Shown: one piece after another, positions 1 to 9,781 of the stretch
Numbering within the stretch: the first letter of the stretch is position 1
How the letters are laid out: the number at the start of each line of letters is the position of its first letter
Assembly: GCA_963752285.1 (NCBI GenBank)
Contig: CAVVXN010000005.1
Location: 608,001 to 672,000, forward strand
Direction of reading: 5' to 3'
Length of the DNA: 64,000 bases
Origin: an uncultured Planctomycetota bacterium
GTDB lineage: Bacteria; Planctomycetota; PLA2; JAEUHO01
Made by a program: the position numbers and the translations under genes
The notes under the pieces: generated by a model
Databases searched by the model: none
What the model was told of the DNA's origin: nothing
The model's input: only the letters and a program-made list of their open reading frames with translations

Positions 1-267
1 CGCGCGCACGCGCTCGGCCGCGCGGGTCGCGGCACCGACGCGCTCGCCTGGCTCCGCGTCGCGGAGCGTCTCGAGCCAGGTGCGCGGCTCGTGGAGCTCG
101 AGCGGGGCCGCGTGCAGGACGGCTCGGTCCCGGAGACGATCGACATCGGCCGGGCGATCGCCGCGTACCGGGCCTACCTCGCGGCGTGGCGGTCGGCCGG
201 CGCGCCGGAAGCGGAGCGAGAGGAAGCGGCCGAAGCGGAAGCGCGCCTGGAAAGCCTGACCCGCTAA
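1..267 (+). CDS. 3' end of a TPR-like helical repeat protein (partial, runs off the window start)
   Basis: Frame 1 is open from base 1 to TAA at 265-267 (RAHALGRAGRGTDALAWLRVAERLEP...AIAAYRAYL...ARLESLTR*), with TPR-like periodicity. Confidence 0.6.
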   Translation, partial: RAHALGRAGRGTDALAWLRVAERLEPGARLVELERGRVQDGSVPETIDIGRAIAAYRAYLAAWRSAGAPEAEREEAAEAEARLESLTR

Positions 268-475
268 CCATACGGAGCCAGAGCAATTCGTCCGAATCCG
301 CGGGGGCGTGGGGACGGGGCGGCCGTCGAGGGCGAGGAGCGCGCGTGCCGTCCGAACCGGTGTACGGACCCTGCGCGTTCGCAGGCCCCGCCGCGGGGCT
401 CGGACGGGTCGCTCTGGGCCCGGCGGACGTGCACCTCACGAATCGGGCGGCGCCCCGGGCCCCCGGGCGGACCGG

Positions 476-3160
476 TCAGTCGTCCAGCACGGCGGCGCCT
501 TGGTGGACGTCGCCGGCCGCGATGGACCACGCCTTCAGCACGAGGCCCTGGAGGTCCCCGTCCGGACGGGGGAGGCGGGCGTGGGCGCGGCCTGCGGCCA
601 GGACCACCTCGGTGCGCGCGAGGACCGGGTCGTTCGCCAGCCGGTGGTTCTCGCGGATCTGGGCGAACGACGCAGGGTCGCCCGGGTCGGGAACGGGATG
701 GACCTCGTGGGCGTCCCGGTCGCGCGGTACCTCGAGTGTGACCGTCACCTTCGCGCCGTCCGGGAGCGGCGCCTCGACGTCCACGTCGAGGAACGCCTCC
801 GACTTCGCGACCTTCACGACGTGGACGTCGGGCCGGGGGAACGCGATCCGGGTCCCGGGGTCGCCGAGGAGCGCGTACATCCGCACGGCCTCGAGCGCGA
901 GGCGATCGGCGGAGGCGCCGCCCGAGAGCATCCCGATCGCCGTCCGGGTGAGCGTGTCGGCGTGCGTGGGGTGGAGCGTCTCGCGGTCCGCGTTCGAGAG
1001 GAGGCTCCCCAGGCGGGCGCCCCCGACGTCGTCGGCCATCGACCGCGCAAGCGCGTCGCCGAGCAGCACGTTTCCGCCCGGGTGGCAGATCCGCGTCGCG
1101 CCGACGTAGGCGATCGGGCCGTTGGGGTTCGCGAGGAGCGCCTCACCCACGCCGTTCGGGCCGGGCCGGTCGAAGATCGCCGTGGTGCAGGCGAGGACGA
1201 ACACGACGGGGGGCGTGCCCTTCACGTGGATCTTCGGCGCGTCCTCGACCGTGAGGATCGGGTAGCGCTTCCTGCCCACACGGAGCGAGTCGAAGCCCTC
1301 CGCGTACCCGTGCCCGACGTACGTCGTGAAGAGCGCGCCCTCGTCGAACCCCTCGACGACCTTCTGACCGAATTCGGGAGGCGGCCAGAGGAACGGGCTC
1401 TTCGCGCTCGCGAACGTGACGTCCACGTCGAACGCCGGCGGAACGTCGTCCGCGACGGTGTGGCGGAACTTTCCCTCGAGAAGCGAGTCCACGAGGGGAC
1501 CGAAGCGGCCTTCGCTCGTGATGAACCGGAGGAGGCGCCGCGTCGGGTCGGCGGGGGGCGAGGTCTCGTAGCGGATCAACCGGTCCACGAACGCCGACAT
1601 CGTGTCGGCGTCGCGGAAGGGGAGACGGCCGACGGCCGGCCCCGCTGCGGGGTCGTCCGGGGCCTCGACGTACAGGTGGTCCGAGGCGGTGGCGCCGTTG
1701 TACATGGTCGGCGTGGACGGCGCGGGGATCGTGACGAAGTCCGCCATGTCGGTCCGGTCGAGCGTCGCGTCGCCGGCGAGGAGCAGGTAGGCGAGCGGTG
1801 CGCCCGGCCGCTTCTCGAGGTCCTCGACGAACGCGCGCACGGCCGCGGCGCCCGCCTCGCCGTGCCCGTATCGCTCGTAGACGTCGGTGACCGGCACGAC
1901 CGCCGACGGGAGGCCCGTCGCGGTCCGGTGTCGGGCCAGCCTCTGCGCGGCGTCCACGAGCGGCGGGACGGCGAGGATGACGTGACGCGCCGACCCGGCC
2001 TCCGCGAGCGGGTCGGGGATCCCCTCCACGCGGACGGGCGTCACGTCCCGCGCGGTCGCCGACGCGTAGAGGAGCGTCCCCTCGGGTACGTCGGCCGCCG
2101 CGACGACCACGCGGTCGAGGTCGGGAGGCCCGGTCCCGTGCCACAGGTCGGTTCGCCAGTGCGCGGGGCTGCCGAGCGAGCGCCCGTCGGGGCCGACGCG
2201 CACGAGGAACACCGGCGCGGGACCGTCCTTCCGTACGAACGACCCGGTCAACGCGGTCGCCCGCTGCGGGGGCAGCGAGAAGCCGCGGAGCGCCGGACCC
2301 ACCCGCGACTCGACCGGTCCCCGCAGCGTGAGCGCGTCGACCCAGATCGTTCCCCGGTCGTCGCTCACGTCGTGCGCGGCGGGTGGTGGCGGCGCGTCGG
2401 AGCGGTCGGTCAGCAGGAGCGCGGTGCCCTCCGCCGGGACCGCCGCCGCCGGCACCGTGAACCGGAACACCGCCCCGTCCTCGCCGTGCTCGACCGTCGC
2501 GGTGCCGAGGTCCTTCTCGCCCCAGCGGGCGGCGAGGGACGCGGGGCCTTCGAGCGTTCGCCAGGCACGCACCTCGAGCACCTGCGCCGCGCCGGCGAGC
2601 GCTCCCGCCGGATCGAGGTCGAGGGCGACGCTGCGTCCCGGGAGGATTCGCGCGAGATACCAGGTCGGCGCGCGGGGATGGTCGTACACGCGCGGGCTCG
2701 CGGCCGCGAGCGTCCCGTAGAGCACGTCCGTCGCGACGCGACGCGTCGAGGTCAGCGCGGGCGAAGGCGCGGCCACCTCCGCCGGCAGGTCGTCCTCCGC
2801 GACCGAGGGCCGCCTTACCGCGTCGGGGTGGAGGACGAGCTCGAACGTGGCGAACGCGCTGTCGGGCCGCGCCGTGTCCACCGCGAGGAAGACGAGGTCC
2901 TCCTTCGGGCCGGTCGTCGCGACCGGCACGGGCCACCCGCCGCGGGTGACCTCGACCCGCTCGGCGGAGGGGACCCCCACCCGGGCCAGGGCGGCCCGCG
3001 CGACCCGGACGAACCCGTCGCCCTTCACCGTGACCCGGGCGACCACGGGTGCCGTCGTCCCGGCGCGGGCGGCGGGGAGCCAGCCCGCCGCGGGGACGAG
3101 GGCGAGGGCCAGGAGCACAAACAGGAGGGGTAGGAACGGGAGGGGGCGGCGGCGGCGCAT
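476..3160 (-). CDS. Secreted C25 family (gingipain-like) cysteine peptidase domain protein
   Basis: 894 aa with a signal peptide. C25 hallmarks: YLLLAGDA, SDHLY, VGRLP, catalytic His in YVGHG, Cys in VLACTT, IAYVGATR, YALLGDP. Confidence 0.85.
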   Translation of the reverse strand: MRRRRPLPFLPLLFVLLALALVPAAGWLPAARAGTTAPVVARVTVKGDGFVRVARAALARVGVPSAERVEVTRGGWPVPVATTGPKEDLVFLAVDTARPDSAFATFELVLHPDAVRRPSVAEDDLPAEVAAPSPALTSTRRVATDVLYGTLAAASPRVYDHPRAPTWYLARILPGRSVALDLDPAGALAGAAQVLEVRAWRTLEGPASLAARWGEKDLGTATVEHGEDGAVFRFTVPAAAVPAEGTALLLTDRSDAPPPPAAHDVSDDRGTIWVDALTLRGPVESRVGPALRGFSLPPQRATALTGSFVRKDGPAPVFLVRVGPDGRSLGSPAHWRTDLWHGTGPPDLDRVVVAAADVPEGTLLYASATARDVTPVRVEGIPDPLAEAGSARHVILAVPPLVDAAQRLARHRTATGLPSAVVPVTDVYERYGHGEAGAAAVRAFVEDLEKRPGAPLAYLLLAGDATLDRTDMADFVTIPAPSTPTMYNGATASDHLYVEAPDDPAAGPAVGRLPFRDADTMSAFVDRLIRYETSPPADPTRRLLRFITSEGRFGPLVDSLLEGKFRHTVADDVPPAFDVDVTFASAKSPFLWPPPEFGQKVVEGFDEGALFTTYVGHGYAEGFDSLRVGRKRYPILTVEDAPKIHVKGTPPVVFVLACTTAIFDRPGPNGVGEALLANPNGPIAYVGATRICHPGGNVLLGDALARSMADDVGGARLGSLLSNADRETLHPTHADTLTRTAIGMLSGGASADRLALEAVRMYALLGDPGTRIAFPRPDVHVVKVAKSEAFLDVDVEAPLPDGAKVTVTLEVPRDRDAHEVHPVPDPGDPASFAQIRENHRLANDPVLARTEVVLAAGRAHARLPRPDGDLQGLVLKAWSIAAGDVHQGAAVLDD

Positions 3161-3233
3161 CGCGCCATGCTACGGAGGCGCCGGCGGGGCGGTCGGGGGT
3201 ACCCTCTGGCGCCCGGAGGTAGGCGAGGAGCGC

Positions 3234-3647
3234 ATGCGGAGCGTGGTCCAGTGGGTCCTGATCGGCGTCCTGCGGCTCGTGTTCCTCGGCTTCGGCGCCT
3301 GGGTCGGGCTCGTGCCGGACGCCCTCCCCGGCGCACACCCGCTCACCCGGATCGCCCTCGCGTCGGTCTTCCTGGTCTTCGCGGTCCTGCTCGGGGAGTT
3401 CCTGAGCCTGAAGACGCGCTTCGACATGCTGATCCGAGCCGTCAAGTCCGCCACGGCCCGGACGAAGCCGGACCCCACGAGCCGGGAGGAGGCGATCGGG
3501 ATCCTGATCCGTACGCTCGACTCCAAGGACTCCGCCACGCGGGAGAAGGCCCACCGCCACCTGGTCCGTCTCACGGGTCAGGACCTCCCTCCGGATTCCG
3601 GGGCGTGGGAAGCCTGGCAGCGCGGCACGAAGGAACAAGATGAGTAG
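3234..3647 (+). CDS. Small membrane protein with a C-terminal HEAT-like helical segment
   Basis: ATG after GGAGG/GAGGAG SD. Two hydrophobic helices, then EAIGILIRTLDSKDSATREKAHRHLVRLTGQD...WEAW. Confidence 0.65.
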   Translation: MRSVVQWVLIGVLRLVFLGFGAWVGLVPDALPGAHPLTRIALASVFLVFAVLLGEFLSLKTRFDMLIRAVKSATARTKPDPTSREEAIGILIRTLDSKDSATREKAHRHLVRLTGQDLPPDSGAWEAWQRGTKEQDE

Positions 3648-3732
3648 CCTCGACTCCAGTCCGTGGAGCCCCTTGGGGTTCGAAGGCCATTCGAGTGTTC
3701 CCGGCCGCCGTCGTGCTATACCGCCCGTCGCC

Positions 3733-4740
3733 ATGCCCCTGCCCAACGCGCTCGGTCCCGCCACCAAGAGCCTTCCCGCGGTTCTCGAGCCGATCCGGGA
3801 CGCCCTGGACCGCGTCGGCGCGTGCTACGAGGAGATCCTCGCCGACGTCTCGTGGCGCACGCGCGACATGACGAGCCAAGCCGCGCGGTTCTCGGGCAAA
3901 CGGCTCCGGCCGGGCCTCACGTGCATCGCCTCGCGCATCGCCGGCGGGGGCGTCGGGGCCGACGTGGCGACGGTCGCGGCCATCGTGGAGCTGATCCACA
4001 CCGCGACCCTCGTCCACGACGACGTGCTCGACGGTGCCGACGTGCGGCGCAAGGTCGCGACGGTGAACGCGCGCTGGGGCGACGGCATCGCCGTCCTCGT
4101 CGGCGACGTGCTCTTCTCGAAGGCGTACCTCGCGGCCGCCTGTCTGGGCGACCGGTTCGCGTCGCGTTACCTCTCGGAGGTCGTGGGCGAGATCCTCGAA
4201 GGCGAGATCCACCAGGACGTCGTCTCCCGCGATCCGAATCTCGCCGAAGACGAGTACCGCGCGATCATCCGCGGCAAGACCGCGGCGCTGTACGAAGCTG
4301 CGCTGGTGGTCGGTGCGCACTACGGCGGCGCCCCCGAGATGGGGGGGCCCCTCGGCCGCTACGGCCACCACCTCGGGATGGCCTTCCAGATCGTGGACGA
4401 CCGCCTCGACCTGACCGGCGACGAGGCGACGATGGGGAAGACCCTCGGCCGAGACCTCGGCGAGGGGAAGACCACGCTGCCCGTGATCCTCTGGCTCCGC
4501 GAACGGCCCGACTCCGAGCGCCGCGCCGCCATCTCGATGGTCGAGACGGCATGGGACGACGCGGCCGCGGCGGACCGCCTGCGCCGGCGCCTGGCGCAGG
4601 AGGGCGCGCTTGCGGCCGCCGACGCCGCCGCGCGCGCGGAGGTCGAGCTCGCGCTTACGTCGCTCGAAGGCGTGCCCCCCGGCCCCGACCGCGATCTCCT
4701 CGAACGGATCGCGCGTTACGTGCTCGGACGACACCAGTAG
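3733..4740 (+). CDS. Polyprenyl diphosphate synthase (IspB/HepT-like)
   Basis: GKRLRP, first DDxxD (VHDDVLD...RR), GKTA, second DDxxD (FQIVDDRLD), GRDLGEGKTTLP. Start could be 3640 or 3733. Confidence 0.92.
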   Translation: MPLPNALGPATKSLPAVLEPIRDALDRVGACYEEILADVSWRTRDMTSQAARFSGKRLRPGLTCIASRIAGGGVGADVATVAAIVELIHTATLVHDDVLDGADVRRKVATVNARWGDGIAVLVGDVLFSKAYLAAACLGDRFASRYLSEVVGEILEGEIHQDVVSRDPNLAEDEYRAIIRGKTAALYEAALVVGAHYGGAPEMGGPLGRYGHHLGMAFQIVDDRLDLTGDEATMGKTLGRDLGEGKTTLPVILWLRERPDSERRAAISMVETAWDDAAAADRLRRRLAQEGALAAADAAARAEVELALTSLEGVPPGPDRDLLERIARYVLGRHQ

Positions 4741-4904
4741 CACACGCGCGTTCGCGAGGTCTTCTCGCGACCTTGTCGGCAAGTTTACGGAACGACGCCT
4801 CCGGCGCGCGAGCGAGAAACACGCGTTGGGAGCCCCCTCCCGTATGCTCCCGATGCGCGGTCCGGAGCCGGGCCCGCGACGAATCCGGGTGTGAGGACGG
4901 AAGC

Positions 4905-5597
4905 GTGGCCAAGGAACGCATCCTCGTCATCGAGGACGAGGACGACCTCCTCGAGGTCATGACCTACAACCTCAAGCGAGAGGGCTTCGAGATCCGCTCC
5001 ACGGGCAGCGGTCTCGACGGGCTGCGCCGCGCGCGGCAGGACGGCGCGGACCTCGTGCTCCTCGACCTCATGCTCCCGGACGTGGACGGTCTCGAGATCT
5101 GTCGGCGTCTCCGTCGCGACCCCCTGACCGCGCGACTGCCCGTGATCATCGTGACGGCGAAGGGCGAAGAGAGCGACATCGTCCTCGGGCTGGGCGTGGG
5201 TGCGGACGACTACATCCCCAAGCCCTTCAGCCCGCGCGAGCTCGTCGCGCGCGTGAAGGCGGTGCTCCGTCGCGGGCCGCCGCGCGGCGAGGAGGGGCCT
5301 CCCGAGCGGGTGGTCCGCGGCCCGCTCACGATCGACGTCTCGCGGCACGAGGCCACGCTCTCGGGCGATCCGGTCAACCTCACGGCCACCGAGTTCAAGC
5401 TCCTGCACTTCCTCGCGGCCCACCCCGGCCGCGTCTTCACGCGGGACCAGCTCCTCCGGCGTGTGATGGGGGAGCACGTCGTGCTCGTGGACCGGAACAT
5501 CGACGTCCACGTCCGGTCGATCCGCCAGAAGCTCGGGGAGGGGCGGACGCTCCTCGAGACCGTGCGCGGCGTGGGCTACCGCTTTCGGGACTCGTAG
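4905..5597 (+). CDS. phoB: OmpR/PhoB family response regulator
   Basis: ILVIEDE, LLDLMLP (phosphoacceptor Asp), GADDYIPKPFSPREL, winged helix RNIDVHVRSIRQKL...ETVRGVGY. GTG start after GAGG. Confidence 0.88.
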   Translation: MAKERILVIEDEDDLLEVMTYNLKREGFEIRSTGSGLDGLRRARQDGADLVLLDLMLPDVDGLEICRRLRRDPLTARLPVIIVTAKGEESDIVLGLGVGADDYIPKPFSPRELVARVKAVLRRGPPRGEEGPPERVVRGPLTIDVSRHEATLSGDPVNLTATEFKLLHFLAAHPGRVFTRDQLLRRVMGEHVVLVDRNIDVHVRSIRQKLGEGRTLLETVRGVGYRFRDS

Positions 5598-5638
5598 CCT
5601 ACCCTCCGTCTCCACTCTCGACGCGACGAGGAGGCGGG

Positions 5639-7459
5639 GTGCGGCGCCCAGGGCTGTTCGGAAAGCTGTACGCGGGGTTCGCCCTGCTGATCGCGGTGAC
5701 ATCGCTCCTCTTCGGGCTGTTCGCCATTCCCGAGCTCGTCGATGGCGAGGAGCGTGAGACGAGGGACAACCTCCTCGCGACCACCGCGCTGTTGGCCTCC
5801 TGGGCGGAGCCGGTGCTGGCGGGTGAGAAGCCCGCGGACGATCTCCAGACCGGGTACGAGCCGCTCGAGCGCCGGGGTGCGCTGCGGCTCACGTTGATCC
5901 GGGAGGACGGCCGCGTGCTTGCCGACTCCCACCACGACCCGGCCACGATGGACGACCACTCCCGCCGGCCCGAGATCGTGGCCGCGCGGATCGGCGGCAC
6001 GGGGATCGCGACACGCATGAGCCACACGCTCGACCAGCGCCTCGTGTACGCGGCCCGACGCGTGGACCGCGAGGGCGTGCCCCTCGGGTACGTGCGCCTC
6101 GCGCAGTCGCTCGAGGGCGTGGACCTGAGGAAGGCGCGGCTCCGCGGCGTGGCCGTGGTCTCGGCGTTCGCCGCGATGCTCATCGGACTCGTCGTGGCGC
6201 TCCTCGTGTCCCGCCGCCTCACACGGCCCCTCCGCTCCCTGATCGACGCGGCCGAGACCGTCGCGCACGGGGGTCCCGCCGAGCTCCTTCCCGTGACGAC
6301 CCACGACGAGATGGGGCGGCTCACGGAGACGTTCAACCGGATGGCAGGCGAGCTGAACGCGCGGATCGACACGATCTCGCGCGACCGCACCGAGCTGCTC
6401 GCGATGCTGTCGGCGATGGCGGAGGGGGTCCTCGCCGTGGACGCGGAGGAGAAGGTGGTCCTCATCAACGACGCCGCGGGCCGGCTTCTCGGTCTCGACC
6501 TGCGACGCGCGGTGGGGCACCGCCTCGACGAGGTGACGAAGGTCGCCGAGGTGGGCGAGGTCGTGCACCGTGTGATGGTGGACGGCACGCGCGAAGAACG
6601 CGAGGTCTGCCTCCCGACGCCAGCGCGCGACCGCTTTCTGCAGCTCCTCGGCGCGCCTGTCCAGGCGCCCGGCGACCCGGGCCGTGGCGCCGTGCTCGTC
6701 GTGCACGACATCTCCGAGCTGAGGCACCTCGAGAAGGTGCGGCGCGACTTCGTCGCCAACGTCTCGCACGAGCTCAAGACGCCGCTCTCCGTGATTCGCG
6801 GCTTCGCGGAGACGATCCTCGAGGATCCCGACATGGACCCCGCGACGCGCGGGCGGTTCCTCGACAAGGTGCGCCAGCAGACGCTCCGGCTCTCCGACCT
6901 CGTCGAAGAGGTCCTCGTGCTCTCGCGGCTCGAGAGCCAGGAGAACCCGGTCGCCCAGGACCTCGTGGACATGGTGGCGCCCGTCCGCGAGGCCGTGCAC
7001 GGGCTCCAGTCCCTGGCGACCGAGAAGGGCATCTCGCTCTCGCAACGCCTCCCGTTCCAGCCGGTGGTGGTGCGGGGCGAGGAAGAGGCGATCCTCCGCG
7101 TGGCGGGGAACCTACTCGACAACGCGCTCAAGTACACGCCGTCCGGCGGACGCGTGGAGGTGCGGGTCGCGATCACGCCCGCGGGCGCGCGCCTCGAGGT
7201 GGAGGACACGGGGATCGGGATCCCGCCCGACGCGCGCGAGCGCGTGTTCGAGCGCTTCTACCGGGTCGATCCCGGGCGTTCCCGGGAGGCGGGGGGCACG
7301 GGCCTCGGCTTGAGCATCGTGAAGCACCTCGTGCAGGGCATGGCCGGCCGTGTCTGGGTGGAGGGCGTCGAGCGGGGCGGGAGCCGGTTCTGCGTGGAGC
7401 TGCCCCTCGCGCGGCCCGGCGGCGCCGACGGCCGCGGCGGTCTGGCCGACGGCACGTGA
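5639..7459 (+). CDS. phoR: PhoR-type sensor histidine kinase (2 TM, HAMP, PAS, HisKA, HATPase)
   Basis: MDDHSRRPEI sensor motif, RRDFVANVSHELKTPL, NLLDNALKYT, DTGIGIP, FERFYRVD, GGTGLGLSIVKH. Confidence 0.9.
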   Translation: MRRPGLFGKLYAGFALLIAVTSLLFGLFAIPELVDGEERETRDNLLATTALLASWAEPVLAGEKPADDLQTGYEPLERRGALRLTLIREDGRVLADSHHDPATMDDHSRRPEIVAARIGGTGIATRMSHTLDQRLVYAARRVDREGVPLGYVRLAQSLEGVDLRKARLRGVAVVSAFAAMLIGLVVALLVSRRLTRPLRSLIDAAETVAHGGPAELLPVTTHDEMGRLTETFNRMAGELNARIDTISRDRTELLAMLSAMAEGVLAVDAEEKVVLINDAAGRLLGLDLRRAVGHRLDEVTKVAEVGEVVHRVMVDGTREEREVCLPTPARDRFLQLLGAPVQAPGDPGRGAVLVVHDISELRHLEKVRRDFVANVSHELKTPLSVIRGFAETILEDPDMDPATRGRFLDKVRQQTLRLSDLVEEVLVLSRLESQENPVAQDLVDMVAPVREAVHGLQSLATEKGISLSQRLPFQPVVVRGEEEAILRVAGNLLDNALKYTPSGGRVEVRVAITPAGARLEVEDTGIGIPPDARERVFERFYRVDPGRSREAGGTGLGLSIVKHLVQGMAGRVWVEGVERGGSRFCVELPLARPGGADGRGGLADGT

Positions 7460-7469
7460 GCGCCGGCGC

Positions 7470-8741
7470 TCAGCGCGGCTCGGGAGGAGGCCCGGTCTTG
7501 CCCTGGGACGGGGGGCCGTCGGTCTCTCCCTCGTCTCCTCCCACGTCCTTCGGGCCGGGGCGCTCCCCGGTCCGCAGCGCACGCAGGCGCCCGAACACCC
7601 ACTTCCAGCCCTCCTCGTGGCCCGCGCGGTCCTTCGCCGCCTCCGGCGTGTCCGCGTACGGACCCTGGGTGAGCGTCACCACCGTGCCTCCCCCGGCGCG
7701 CGCGGCGAGGTCCAGGGTCACGACCTGATCGGGGCGCTTTGGGCCCTGGGACCACACCCAGGTGAACGAGAGGCGGCGGCCGCGGTCCGCTTCCTTCACG
7801 CGACCGTCCAGACGCCACCCCGGGCCGGGCCAGTCGAGCACGAAGCGGCCGCCCGGCTTCGCCTCCACGTCGGCCTTCTCGGGCCAGAACGTCACCAGCT
7901 TCTCGGCGGTCGTGAAGTGGTCGTAGACCTCCTCGGGGGTGAAGGCCTCCAGCTCGGAGCGCATCACGAGCTCTGCCCCTTCCGAGACCACCGCGATCGC
8001 AGGCGCACGGGGACGGAAGAGGTCCTTCGTCGGGGTCGCGGAGAGCTGCATCGTGAGCCCTCCGCCCCAGTCGACCGAGAAGACGCGGCCGTCGGGCAGC
8101 ACCTCCAGGGGCAGGGTCTTCCCGTTCGCCTTCGCGAGTCGCACCCTCCCCACGGTGACGGGGCGGGCGTCGAACGTGCGCGCGGCCGTGCCCTCCCACG
8201 TGAACACCGCCTCTCCGATCACGCGGAGCGCGTTCGCCTCGTCGAGCTCCGTCCTCGCGAGGCGCCCGCCGTCCTCGTGGGGCACGGCGGACGCGAGGAC
8301 GAACCCGAGGCCCGTCATGGTGCCGGGCCCCGGCGCCTCCACGTCGTGCCCCTGGACCTCGCCCTTCTCGACCGCCTTCACGACGAACCCAGCCTCGGTC
8401 CGCTCGAGGCTCGCGACGAGGTTCCCGTACGTGCGGTATTCGCTCGACACCAGGCGTTCGCCGCCGTCGATCGCCATGGAGCGGGACTCCCGGTAGTCGC
8501 CGTCGTCGAAGGCGAGCGCGAGCTCCCACTGGACGGCGATCCCGTGGTCCTCGCGTCGCGCGACGTCGAGGCGCGCGAAGCCGACGGGTGCACCGTCGCC
8601 GCCGCGCATCGCGTACCAGTGGGTGCCGGTCGGGACGGTGTCGAGCACGCGCTTCTCCCCCGGGGCGTCCGCCCGTGACGGGCGCGGCAGGAGCAGGAGG
8701 GAGGCGAGGCCGACGAGCACCACGAGTCCGCGCGCGCGCAT
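7470..8741 (-). CDS. Exported protein with C-terminal SRPBCC/Aha1-like domain
   Basis: Signal peptide. C-terminus TPEEVYDHFTTAEKLVTFW...KPGGRF...LSFTW...TVVTLTQ...HEEGWKWVFGRL. Confidence 0.75.
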   Translation of the reverse strand: MRARGLVVLVGLASLLLLPRPSRADAPGEKRVLDTVPTGTHWYAMRGGDGAPVGFARLDVARREDHGIAVQWELALAFDDGDYRESRSMAIDGGERLVSSEYRTYGNLVASLERTEAGFVVKAVEKGEVQGHDVEAPGPGTMTGLGFVLASAVPHEDGGRLARTELDEANALRVIGEAVFTWEGTAARTFDARPVTVGRVRLAKANGKTLPLEVLPDGRVFSVDWGGGLTMQLSATPTKDLFRPRAPAIAVVSEGAELVMRSELEAFTPEEVYDHFTTAEKLVTFWPEKADVEAKPGGRFVLDWPGPGWRLDGRVKEADRGRRLSFTWVWSQGPKRPDQVVTLDLAARAGGGTVVTLTQGPYADTPEAAKDRAGHEEGWKWVFGRLRALRTGERPGPKDVGGDEGETDGPPSQGKTGPPPEPR

Positions 8742-8833
8742 CGCACCGCCTCCTGGACCAGGGCCGGGATCGTACTCCGGGGCCGCGGTCTCGACCGGCC
8801 GATCGCGCGTCCCGTGCGTGGTAGCCTCCGCGC

Positions 8834-9700
8834 GTGGGCGTGTACGGCCGCGACTGGATGCGCGAAGGCGGCGTCTCCTCGACGAACGGGGGGACGTCGA
8901 TGACCGTCCGCCTCGTGATCGCGAACGCGATCGCGTGGTTCGTGTACGCGGGGTCGCTCCGTTTCGGCGGCCGGTTCGGCGGGCTCTACGGGTTCATCAC
9001 GGACGAGCTCACGCTGCACACCGACGCCGTCTTCGCGCACGGCCGGATCTGGCAGCCCCTCACGGCCATCTTCCTCCACGACCCCTCGCGTCTCGACCAC
9101 GTCTTCTTCAACCTGCTCTTCCTCTGGATCTTCGGGCGCATCGTCGAGGGGATGATCTCGTCGCGTGCGCTCCTCGCGCTCTACCTCGCCGGCGGCGCGG
9201 TCTCCGCCCTGGCCCTCGTCCCCGTGGCGGCCTTCGAGGGGCACCCGGTGGTTGGCCTCGGCGCGTCGGGCGCCGTGTACGCGATCGGGGTGTTCGCGGC
9301 CCTCCGCCTGCCGTTCCTCCCGATGATCCTCCTCTTCATCCCGATGCCTCTGTGGGTCCTCGTCGGGGTGTTCATGGTCGGGCGCGAAGTCGCGAACCTC
9401 GTCCTCGTCGGGCACGCGCTCGGTCCCACCGTCGCGCACCTCTCGGGCGCCGCGTACGGCTATGCGTTCCACAGGCTCCGCTGGCGGATCGCCCCGGGCG
9501 CCGGCGCGAGCCGGCTGGCCCGCGCGCGGCGCGCCGTGGTGCGGAAGCAGGAGGAGCGCGCGGAGGAGGCCGAGGCCGAGGTCCGCAAGCGCGTGGACGA
9601 CCTGCTCGCGAAGATCCACGCCGAGGGGATCTCGTCGCTCACGACGGCCGAGAAGGACTTCCTCGAGTCGGCGAGCCGCCGGTTCCGCACGACCCGATGA
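8834..9700 (+). CDS. Rhomboid family intramembrane serine protease with C-terminal DUF6576-like tail
   Basis: WQPLTAIFLH, HVFFNLLFL, GASG (catalytic Ser), AHLSGA (His). Tail VDDLLAKIHAEGISSLTTAEKDFL. Confidence 0.92.
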   Translation: MGVYGRDWMREGGVSSTNGGTSMTVRLVIANAIAWFVYAGSLRFGGRFGGLYGFITDELTLHTDAVFAHGRIWQPLTAIFLHDPSRLDHVFFNLLFLWIFGRIVEGMISSRALLALYLAGGAVSALALVPVAAFEGHPVVGLGASGAVYAIGVFAALRLPFLPMILLFIPMPLWVLVGVFMVGREVANLVLVGHALGPTVAHLSGAAYGYAFHRLRWRIAPGAGASRLARARRAVVRKQEERAEEAEAEVRKRVDDLLAKIHAEGISSLTTAEKDFLESASRRFRTTR

Positions 9701-9781
9701 GGCGGTCGCGGACGGGCGCCGGGTCTCGGCGCGTCCACGGTGCTACGTTGCCGCCCCAAGGCGAGCGGGGCGTGCCGGGCG

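Noticed and set aside
4741..4904. Pho box upstream of phoB
   Set aside because: No clear 11-bp-spaced direct repeat resembling CTGTCAT was seen.
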